Shown here piece after piece: positions 56,932 to 64,000 of a stretch of 64,000 nucleotides of DNA. The notes beneath the pieces were generated by a model. That model was not told where the DNA came from and searched no databases. It was given only the letters and a program-made list of their open reading frames with translations. The stretch covers positions 177,766 through 241,765 of the forward strand of contig JAUQPR010000001.1 in assembly GCA_030550275.1 (NCBI GenBank), given 5' to 3'. A program made the position numbers and the translations under genes. Within the stretch, counting starts at the first letter, position 1. Each line of letters begins with the position of its first letter. The DNA is from Bacteroidota bacterium. Its GTDB lineage: Bacteria > Bacteroidota > Ignavibacteria > Kapaibacteriales > HRBIN21.

Positions 56932-58512
56932 ATGCACCGCAGTGGAGTCTACGTCGCCGTGCTGCTCCTGTCCGCTCTTGCAGGCTGCCGCACGCTTCCG
57001 TGCGGGGCACCAGCGTGGTTGAGTGTCTACAACACCGCCGCCGATGAGTTTGTCATCGCTGTCCTGGAGGAGCGGGTGCTCCTGGTGGCGCGCCGCAGCA
57101 CTGAAGGCGAACAACTCTTCTACCGGCTGCTGCAACCGGATAGCTTCTGGCGCGAATCCGTTGTCGAGGCGCTGCTGCGCGACCGCAGCTTCGTCCCACG
57201 AGCCCTTGAGCGCACCCGCGACGGTGGCGTTCTGCTCTACGGCACCTGGCGGCGCAGCCCCACTGCTCCGAACGCCGAGCTCGCCATACGCCGCTGGAGT
57301 GGCGGGCAATGGGAGCCTCCGCAACCTCTCACCCTGCTGAACTCCCCTTGGTGGGATGGGCAGCCAGCGCTGGCACCGGATGGCTCCGCCTTGGTCTTCG
57401 TCTCCGATCGCCCCGAAGGACTTGGAGGATTGGACCTCTACCTCAGCCGCCGAACACCGCAGGGGCAGTGGGAGACTCCCCAGAATCTGGGACCGATGGT
57501 CAACACCGCCGACGACGAAGCAATGCCCCAATTTCTCCCCGATGGACGCCTGCTCTTCGCCACCCGCGGACGCTCCCCGGATAAGCGCTGGAAGCTCTTC
57601 GTCGCCCACCCGACCTTGCGGGGCTGGGAGGTGGAGACCCTGCTGCCGGAACCGCTCAACTCCTCGGGCAACGATTTCAGCCCCTGGCAGTGGAGAGACA
57701 CCCTGCTGCTGAGCTCCGACCGCGCCGGCGGCTGCGGGGGATACGACCTCTACGCCTTCCGGCTGTGCGGACCCGTGGATGCCCGTGTGCTCCTCCGGCA
57801 AGCCTCGGGCGATACCCTTTCGGGGGAGCTGGAGGTGCTCTCCGGTGGCTCACTCCGCACGCGCCTTCCCGTTGCAGGCGCTCCCGTCACCATTCCGGTA
57901 CGGGCGTTCGACAGCCTCACCCTCCGCTTCCGCTCTCCATGCCAGCAGGCACCGTACCAGCAGGTGCTGCTTTCCCCGTGCTCCTTTACTCACGCGGTGC
58001 GCTGGGAGCTGGAGTTCACACTACCGGAGAGCCTCCTTGTGCCCACCGCCTTGGACTTCCCCTTCCCTTGGTTTGCCCCGGCGGACCCGCTTCCGCTGAC
58101 AGCCGAACATCTCTTTGCCCAGCAGCTTGAGCGCATCTATGCTGGCAGGGCAACCGAACCGTTGCCCCCCGCTCCCGTCTCCTCGGCTGCTGACTCGGCG
58201 CTGGAGCTCATCGCGCACACGGTTGCTGAGCTGCTCAACTCCCCCTGTGCGGCTCAGCGGCGTGCCTCCATCCACATCACCGTCCGCAGCGAGCCGCTCT
58301 CTCCCGATGCTCGCTATCTTGGACCTCCGATTGTAGAGCTGGGGCTATTGCCCGGAGCCCCCGTGAGCGCAGAGCAGCTCGCACTTGCCCGTGCACGCCT
58401 ACTTGCTGCGGAGCTGCAGCGCCGCCTGCCCTCTCCTGAACGCCTCCGGTGGGAGCTGAGCACCGCTGCAGTGCCAGAGCCCGCACGGCTTCGGGTAACA
58501 CTCTCCGAGTAG
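56932..58512 (+). CDS. Lipoprotein with TolB-like PD40 beta-propeller repeats
   Basis: Lipobox LLLSALAGC; PD40-like units ([61 protein letters not shown]). Paralogous in repeat type to the 39578..42259 protein but without OmpA modules. Confidence 0.7.
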   Translation: MHRSGVYVAVLLLSALAGCRTLPCGAPAWLSVYNTAADEFVIAVLEERVLLVARRSTEGEQLFYRLLQPDSFWRESVVEALLRDRSFVPRALERTRDGGVLLYGTWRRSPTAPNAELAIRRWSGGQWEPPQPLTLLNSPWWDGQPALAPDGSALVFVSDRPEGLGGLDLYLSRRTPQGQWETPQNLGPMVNTADDEAMPQFLPDGRLLFATRGRSPDKRWKLFVAHPTLRGWEVETLLPEPLNSSGNDFSPWQWRDTLLLSSDRAGGCGGYDLYAFRLCGPVDARVLLRQASGDTLSGELEVLSGGSLRTRLPVAGAPVTIPVRAFDSLTLRFRSPCQQAPYQQVLLSPCSFTHAVRWELEFTLPESLLVPTALDFPFPWFAPADPLPLTAEHLFAQQLERIYAGRATEPLPPAPVSSAADSALELIAHTVAELLNSPCAAQRRASIHITVRSEPLSPDARYLGPPIVELGLLPGAPVSAEQLALARARLLAAELQRRLPSPERLRWELSTAAVPEPARLRVTLSE

Positions 58513-58574
58513 CTTGCGGCTTTTTGCTAAGTTTGCGTCAGTCCAGGCTGGTCTCATCATTGTGGGGGAACGCT

Positions 58575-59702
58575 ATGCAGGTCTTCACAGCACAGCAGCA
58601 ACAGGAGTTCGCCGTCGAACCGCTGCCAATTCGCCGAATCCATCACATCGAGTTGTACGTGGGCAATGCCCGGCAGGCGTCCTACTTCTACCGGCGGGCG
58701 TTTGGGTTTGAGCTCATCGGCTTTGCCGGACCCGAAACCGGCGTTCGGGAAACCGCTTCGTACGTGCTGCGCCAGAACAAAATCACCTTCGTCGTCACCG
58801 CGCCGGTCTTCTCCGACCATCCCATCATGGACTGGCTGGTCAAGCACGGGGACGGCGTGCGCGATGTCGCCTTTGAGGTTGATGACGCCGAATTCTGCTA
58901 CCGCAAAGCCGTCGAGCGCGGCGCCCGGGGCGTGCGCGAACCCTACACGCTGGAGGATGAATACGGCAAAGTTGTGCTCGCCTCGATTGCCACGTACGGG
59001 GACGTGATCCACACCTTCGTGCAGCGCGATGGGTACGAGGGCTTCTTCCTGCCCCCCTACAAAGCAACCCCGAAGGACGAGCTCGCCAAGCCCATTGGAC
59101 TCAAGCACATCGACCACGTCGTCGGCAACGTCGGCTGGAACCAGATGGCGGAAACCGTCGCCTTCTACAACCGCGTCTTCGGGTTCCAGCGCTTCGTCTC
59201 CTTCGACGACAAGGACATTTCGACGGAGTATTCGGCGCTGCGCTCCACCGTCGTTGCCAACGAGAACAAGTGGATCAAGTTCCCCATCAACGAGCCCGCC
59301 GAAGGGAAGCGGCGCTCGCAGATTGAGGAGTTCGTGCTCTACAACAACGGTCCAGGCGTGCAACACATCGCGCTGGAGTGCGAGAACATCGTGCATACGG
59401 TTCGCCAGCTCAAAGCCAATGGCGTTGAACTGCTGCATACCCCGACGACCTACTACGACATGCTGGAGGAGCGCGTCGGCAAGATCGACGAGGACCTCGA
59501 CTCGCTGCGCGAGCTGGGCATCCTGGTTGACCGCGATGACAAGGGCTACATGCTGCAGATCTTCACCCGCCCTGTCCAGGACCGCCCCACGCTCTTCTAC
59601 GAGCTCATCCAGCGCAAGGGTGCCGAATCCTTTGGCAAAGGCAACTTCCGAGCCCTCTTCGAGGCAATCGAGCGCGAGCAAGCCCTGCGCGGCAACCTCT
59701 AA
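58575..59702 (+). CDS. hppD: 4-Hydroxyphenylpyruvate dioxygenase
   Basis: Two VOC modules with HPPD-typical sequence (IHHIELYVGNARQASYFY, IDHVVGNVGWNQM, EFVLYNNGPGVQHIALE, GYMLQIFTRPVQDRPTLFYELIQR...FGKGNFRALFEAIEREQ). Start at MQVFTAQ (58575). Confidence 0.9.
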   Translation: MQVFTAQQQQEFAVEPLPIRRIHHIELYVGNARQASYFYRRAFGFELIGFAGPETGVRETASYVLRQNKITFVVTAPVFSDHPIMDWLVKHGDGVRDVAFEVDDAEFCYRKAVERGARGVREPYTLEDEYGKVVLASIATYGDVIHTFVQRDGYEGFFLPPYKATPKDELAKPIGLKHIDHVVGNVGWNQMAETVAFYNRVFGFQRFVSFDDKDISTEYSALRSTVVANENKWIKFPINEPAEGKRRSQIEEFVLYNNGPGVQHIALECENIVHTVRQLKANGVELLHTPTTYYDMLEERVGKIDEDLDSLRELGILVDRDDKGYMLQIFTRPVQDRPTLFYELIQRKGAESFGKGNFRALFEAIEREQALRGNL

Positions 59703-59754
59703 CGGGGGTTGCCGCCAGGGCAATATGTCCCACTAACTCCCTGCATGCTCACCG

Positions 59755-61215
59755 ATGCCTGTAGCCGAAGAATCTGTGGCGACCGTGGCGAAAGAGCACG
59801 AGACAACGCCCTTCTTCGAATCCGTCAATCGCAACTTTGCCCGAGCAGCCGCTCTTCTGAACTATCCCCGCGGGCTCCTGGAGCAGATTCGCGTGTGCAA
59901 CAAGGTCTACTACGTGCAGTTCCCCGTGCGGATTCGCGGCGAGATCCAGGTCATTCAAGGGTGGCGCGCCGAACACAGCCACCACCGGCTGCCCTGCAAG
60001 GGGGGCATCCGATACGCGGAAACCGTTGACCTGGACGAGATTATGGCGCTGGCAGCGCTGATGACCTACAAGTGCGCCATCGTCAACGTACCCTTCGGGG
60101 GAGCCAAGGGTGGCATCAAAATCAATCCCCGCAACTACACCGAAGAGGAGCTCGAGCGCATCACCCGCCGCTATACCGTCGAGCTCATCCAGAAGAACTT
60201 CATCGGTCCCTCGCTGGACGTGCCGGCGCCCGATTACGGCACTGGCGCACGGGAGATGGCGTGGATTGCCGATACGTACATGGCATTTCGCCCCGATGAT
60301 ATCAACGCCCTGGCATGCGTGACGGGCAAGCCCGTCGAACAGGGCGGCGTTCGGGGTCGCACAGAAGCAACGGGCTTGGGGGTCTACTTCGGTATCCGCG
60401 AAGCGCTTTCGGTTCCGGAGCTGGTGCGCCCCTTGGGATTGGAGCCCGGCATCGAGGGCAAGCGGGTTATCGTCCAAGGCTTTGGGAATGTAGGCTACCA
60501 TGCGGCGAAGTTCCTGCAGCAGGAGGGCGGTGCCATCATCACCGCTGTCATCGAATGGGATGGTGCCGTGTACAACCCCGATGGCATTGATGTAGAGGAC
60601 CTGGCGCGCCACCGGCGAGAGACGGGCTCAATTCTGCACTACCCGCGCGCCAAGACCATCCCGCTGGAGGAGCGCGATAGCGTCCTGGAGTACGAGTGCG
60701 ATATCCTGCTGCCGGCAGCGCTGGAATCGCAGATCCACCGCTACAACGCGCCGCGCATCCAAGCCAAGATTATCGCCGAAGCCGCCAATGGTCCTACTAC
60801 TGCCGCAGCAGAGGAGATCTTGGAGCGGCGCGGCATCCTGGTGATCCCCGATATCTTCCTCAACGCCGGAGGCGTGGTGGTCTCCTACTTCGAGTGGCTC
60901 AAAAACATTAGCCACGTCCGGCTTGGGCGCTTGGAGAAGCGCTTCGAAGAGCGCACCAACCAGCAACTCATCGAGATGGTCGAGCGCCTCACCGGACAGT
61001 CCCTCACCCCCAGGGAGCGCCAGTTGCTGCTGCGCGGTCCCGGCGAGGAGGACCTGGTCCGCTCCGGGCTGGAGGACACCATGATTGCGGCGTTCCACGA
61101 GATCTGGCACATCTACAAGGAGCGCAAAGGGGTGCCGAACCTCCGCACCGCTGCCTTTGTCTGCGCCATTGACAAGATTGCCACCGCCTACTTCCAACTG
61201 GGCATCTTCCCGTAG
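59755..61215 (+). CDS. gdhA: Glutamate dehydrogenase (Glu/Leu/Phe/Val dehydrogenase family)
   Basis: KGGIRY catalytic Lys motif, NVPFGGAKGG, Rossmann GFGNVG. The true start may be an internal Met; the track ORF gives 486 aa. Confidence 0.88.
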   Translation: MPVAEESVATVAKEHETTPFFESVNRNFARAAALLNYPRGLLEQIRVCNKVYYVQFPVRIRGEIQVIQGWRAEHSHHRLPCKGGIRYAETVDLDEIMALAALMTYKCAIVNVPFGGAKGGIKINPRNYTEEELERITRRYTVELIQKNFIGPSLDVPAPDYGTGAREMAWIADTYMAFRPDDINALACVTGKPVEQGGVRGRTEATGLGVYFGIREALSVPELVRPLGLEPGIEGKRVIVQGFGNVGYHAAKFLQQEGGAIITAVIEWDGAVYNPDGIDVEDLARHRRETGSILHYPRAKTIPLEERDSVLEYECDILLPAALESQIHRYNAPRIQAKIIAEAANGPTTAAAEEILERRGILVIPDIFLNAGGVVVSYFEWLKNISHVRLGRLEKRFEERTNQQLIEMVERLTGQSLTPRERQLLLRGPGEEDLVRSGLEDTMIAAFHEIWHIYKERKGVPNLRTAAFVCAIDKIATAYFQLGIFP

Positions 61216-61218
61216 TGC

Positions 61219-63198
61219 TTACGGGACAAGGCAGCGCACCTGCTGCGCCTCCGGTGGCAGGTACCAGCGCTGCGCCATGTCGGCAGGAAGCGGATGGGAA
61301 TCCGCCAACACGACCGGTGCAGCCACGTTTGTCCGCTCCAAGAGTATGTCCAGTTGCCGGTCGTGCCAGCGTAGTGTTGCCCGCAGCCATTCCAGCGGGC
61401 GCGGCAGGAGCGGCTTCACCCACACCCCCTGTGGATCTGCGTGGATGCCCAGAAGATCGCAAACCACCAACTGCACCAGCTCCGACCAATTCCCCGCCAG
61501 AATCCCCACCTGCGGACACGGGGGCACAGGGCGCCACCCGTAGACAGCAAACCACGCTCCCGAACGCGCCTGAGGTAGCCCGCCGAGCCATTCCAACACC
61601 CGCCAGAGGACCTGCTCCCGGCGAGCCCGCAGCGCCGCCCGTGCAATCCACAGCGACGCAAGAGGATACGCCCCAGGCGAATCCGATTCCGACGACACAT
61701 GGTATCGCCCGTATCCCCCACCCTCCCAACGCTGATTCCACAGGAGCTCCAGCCGGTCCAGAGTTCTCTGCGCCAGCTCCGAATCCGGCTCCACAATTCC
61801 CCAGACTATCGGGAGCGCGCAGGTTGCATCGGGTTCGAGCCAGTGGCGCGACTCGGTCCGCAGCGGGACCTCCGGGGGAATCGCCGGATGCTCCTGTACA
61901 AGCAGCTCCTGCTGCACTGCTCCGGAAAGCAGCCGCCGTTTGACCAACATCCCCTGCTCCACAAGCCGTAGATGTGGATGCTGCAGCATTGCCCGGCGCA
62001 GCCGTACCGATGCCATTGCCCAGCGATGCGCCCATCGCCCCTGCCCTATGCCCTCGGCAAGCTGCGCTGCTGCCTCCAAGCCCAGCACAGTCCACATCTG
62101 ATACGCCAACTCGACGCCGTCCTCCACCCCATGGAGCGGCGTCCGCCCCCAGTACTCACGCCGGTTGTGCAGGAGAAAGCCACGCTCAACCCGAAACTGC
62201 GGACGCAATGGATACTCCGCTACGGAACGGAGCCGTTCCCAATAGCCCCGCACCAACGCCCAATCGCCCGTCCAGCAGGTGTAGTAGTACAGGCTCACCA
62301 GGAGAATCCCGTTGTAGTCCAGCGGTGCCAGTTCCGGGACAACGCTTTCCTCGGGATTTCTGACCGCTCCGTCTGCGGTGGTACACTCACGCAGAATCCG
62401 CTCCAGAACTCGCCGTGCTCCCTCGTGATGCCCGCTCAGCACCAATCCGATTGCCCCTGTACACCCGTCGCGCACGTGTTCTCGCGTATGCTCCCACAGG
62501 CTGGTATTCATACGCCCGGAGGCAGCCACCACAGCCGGAAGTTGCCAACACGCGCTCCGGAAGAGCTGCTGCAGCAGTGGAACGGGGCTTTCCACCCGGG
62601 CGACGCGCTGCCAGTACTGCACCGCTTCATCCTCGAATGGCTCTGCGGGAGCCCATCGGCAGCGAAGCCGGGTTGGTGCTCGCTCCAGCCAGTACTCCAC
62701 TGCCAATTCCCGATGCTCGTGCGCCGAGAGGCGAAATTGTGCCTCCAGCGTGTATTCCTGAACCCCAGTGCGCAGGCACACTGAGCATCCCTGTTCCGCC
62801 CACAGCTCTATCCGGCGATGGAGTCGTGGGGTGCTCCGGTCAGGACAGTACACGCGCTCCCGAACCCGCAGCGGCGGCGCCTCCCACTCAGCAATGACGG
62901 CGGGCACGACCGTGTGCTCATCCCAGTACACCCAGCACTGCTGCGGCGATGAGGAGTGCCCATTGCACCACAACTGGAGCTGCGTATTGGCAAGCCCAAG
63001 CTGTGGATGCATCGTCAGCGCTGCCCGCTTCGGGGTGAGCTGCTCCGGATCCATCACCAACAGCCCGATGCGGGTGCCCTGCTGCGGACTGTACTGAAGG
63101 GCTGCGCTGATATGCCCATTGCCCACCAAGAAATAGGCAACCTCGGGGAGCTCCGTGCGCACATCCTCTGGACCGTTTCGGGGATCGTCCCAGTGCAT
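61219..63198 (-). CDS. Glycoside hydrolase family 15-like protein (glucoamylase/glucodextranase/trehalase-like, (alpha/alpha)6 barrel)
   Basis: 659 aa with an N-terminal beta-sandwich-like region and a C-terminal region rich in W/Y and acidic residues as in GH15 catalytic domains (GIVEPDSELAQRTLDRLELLWNQRWEGGGYGRYHVSSESD...LWIARAALR). Family call from overall pattern, not a strict motif. Confidence 0.6.
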   Translation of the reverse strand: MHWDDPRNGPEDVRTELPEVAYFLVGNGHISAALQYSPQQGTRIGLLVMDPEQLTPKRAALTMHPQLGLANTQLQLWCNGHSSSPQQCWVYWDEHTVVPAVIAEWEAPPLRVRERVYCPDRSTPRLHRRIELWAEQGCSVCLRTGVQEYTLEAQFRLSAHEHRELAVEYWLERAPTRLRCRWAPAEPFEDEAVQYWQRVARVESPVPLLQQLFRSACWQLPAVVAASGRMNTSLWEHTREHVRDGCTGAIGLVLSGHHEGARRVLERILRECTTADGAVRNPEESVVPELAPLDYNGILLVSLYYYTCWTGDWALVRGYWERLRSVAEYPLRPQFRVERGFLLHNRREYWGRTPLHGVEDGVELAYQMWTVLGLEAAAQLAEGIGQGRWAHRWAMASVRLRRAMLQHPHLRLVEQGMLVKRRLLSGAVQQELLVQEHPAIPPEVPLRTESRHWLEPDATCALPIVWGIVEPDSELAQRTLDRLELLWNQRWEGGGYGRYHVSSESDSPGAYPLASLWIARAALRARREQVLWRVLEWLGGLPQARSGAWFAVYGWRPVPPCPQVGILAGNWSELVQLVVCDLLGIHADPQGVWVKPLLPRPLEWLRATLRWHDRQLDILLERTNVAAPVVLADSHPLPADMAQRWYLPPEAQQVRCLVP

Positions 63199-63304
63199 GT
63201 TCCCTCCGCAAGGGCTTCGCCGCTACAGACGATGACGCGCGGGTGAACAGGCGATGAACGTCTACTTCTTGCTGTAGCGCCCGAAGTTGTGTAGATTTGT
63301 GCCC

Positions 63305-64000
63305 ATGCTGCACCGTATGCCGAAAGCCTCTTGGGGCAACCGTTTGCTCGCGCTCGACGCCGTGCGCGCCGTGGCGATGCTCCTGATGATTCAGGGGCAC
63401 ACGCTGGATGCGCTTGCAGACCCTCGGGAGCTCGATATCACCGCCTTTCCGTGGAACATCTGGCACTTCCTGCGCGGGCTGACGGCACCGACCTTTCTGC
63501 TCATCTCCGGCATTGTGCACATGTTCGCCACGCAGCGTACCGCAGAGGGTCGGCTGCCCTCGGAGTTGGTCTGGCGCCGCATACGCTGGGCATTGACCCT
63601 TTTGGGCATCGGGTACCTGATGATGTTCCCCGCACGGCGACTCTGGGACGTTGGATTTGTCGCGCCGGAGCAGTGGAGCGCCTTCTTCCGCGTGCATATT
63701 CTCCAGCTCATCGGGGTAACGCTGCTGGGGGTGTTGGGGCTGTTCGCCGTGACGCGCAACAATCGCCAAGTTGCGTGGGGTGGGCTGCTGTTGGGCATTA
63801 CGCTCTGTGCGGTAGCACCAGTAGTGGCGGCTGTGGATTGGTTTGCCCTGCTTCCGGAAGCTGTGGCAGCGTACCTGAGCACGGCGCGCGGCTCCTTCTT
63901 CCCCATCGTACCCTTCTCGGCGTACCTCCTGCTGGGGCTTCCCCTGGGATATGTGCTGGCGAACGCCCCGGCAGAGCGCCGTGAGCGCTTGATGCAACGG
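63305..64000 (+). CDS. DUF1624/HGSNAT-like membrane acyltransferase, 5' part only (runs off the window end)
   Basis: Frame from ATG 63305: MLHRMPKASWGNRLLALDAVRAVAMLLMIQGHTLDALADP...FLRGLTAPTFLLISGIV... with at least 5 TM helices and no stop before 64000. Absent from the ORF track because incomplete. The track ORFs 63331..63984 (+), 62918..63997 (-) and 63391..63906 (-) are in other frames, are Ala/Arg/Gly-rich and are rejected. Confidence 0.55.
   Translation, partial: MLHRMPKASWGNRLLALDAVRAVAMLLMIQGHTLDALADPRELDITAFPWNIWHFLRGLTAPTFLLISGIVHMFATQRTAEGRLPSELVWRRIRWALTLLGIGYLMMFPARRLWDVGFVAPEQWSAFFRVHILQLIGVTLLGVLGLFAVTRNNRQVAWGGLLLGITLCAVAPVVAAVDWFALLPEAVAAYLSTARGSFFPIVPFSAYLLLGLPLGYVLANAPAERRERLMQR

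Noticed and set aside
62918-63997. Track ORFs 62918..63997 (-), 63331..63984 (+) and 63391..63906 (-) at the window end
   Set aside because: Their translations are Ala/Arg/Gly/His-rich low-complexity. The +1 frame from ATG 63305 gives a convincing DUF1624-like multi-TM protein (NRLLALDAVRAVAMLLMIQGHT...) that continues past the window end, and the 62918 ORF also overlaps the GH15 gene 5' region.

Overview
High-GC (~65-70%) bacterial chromosomal segment, densely packed with about 58 protein genes and a six-tRNA array. It shows no mobile elements, no CRISPR array, no prophage and no compositional islands. Several proteins carry C-terminal T9SS (Por) sorting-domain-like tails, and the sigma-A -7 motif TAnnTTTG recurs upstream of several genes. 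Together these point to an FCB-group (Bacteroidota/Rhodothermota-like) organism; this is inference, no search was run. The core is the conserved array tRNA-Tyr/Gly/Gly/Gly/Thr - tRNA-Trp - secE - nusG - rplK - rplA - rplJ - rplL - rpoB - rpoC on the minus strand, but tuf is absent from its usual place between tRNA-Thr and tRNA-Trp. Other genes: bshC-like, kdsD/kpsF, HIT protein, a 1488-aa T9SS cargo protein, SAM-methyltransferase + large membrane protein + lpxK, family-4 UDG, carA, an HNH nuclease, an MBL hydrolase, PAP2, a PHP phosphoesterase, proS, holA, a REC-only response regulator, an orphan OppBC permease pair, an HD-GYP phosphodiesterase, murI, rsmB, two PD40/TolB-like proteins (one fused to OmpA), DUF72, a TPR protein, an M24 peptidase, glgA, a BNR-repeat T9SS protein, the methylcitrate-cycle genes prpB/prpD/prpC, an orphan TPP-dependent E1-alpha with an N-terminal XRE-type HTH extension, hslU/hslV, hppD, gdhA, a GH15-like hydrolase and an edge-truncated DUF1624-like acyltransferase. 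I see no self-contained novel defence or mobile system. The most unusual items are the HTH-E1alpha fusion inside an hslVU-prpCDB co-directional array, the HD-GYP/OppBC/REC module without ATPase or binding protein, and the ultracompact tRNA array lacking tuf. The many long ORFs antisense to rpoBC, rsmB and prp genes in the supplied track are high-GC frame artifacts. All functional calls come from motif recognition by eye.
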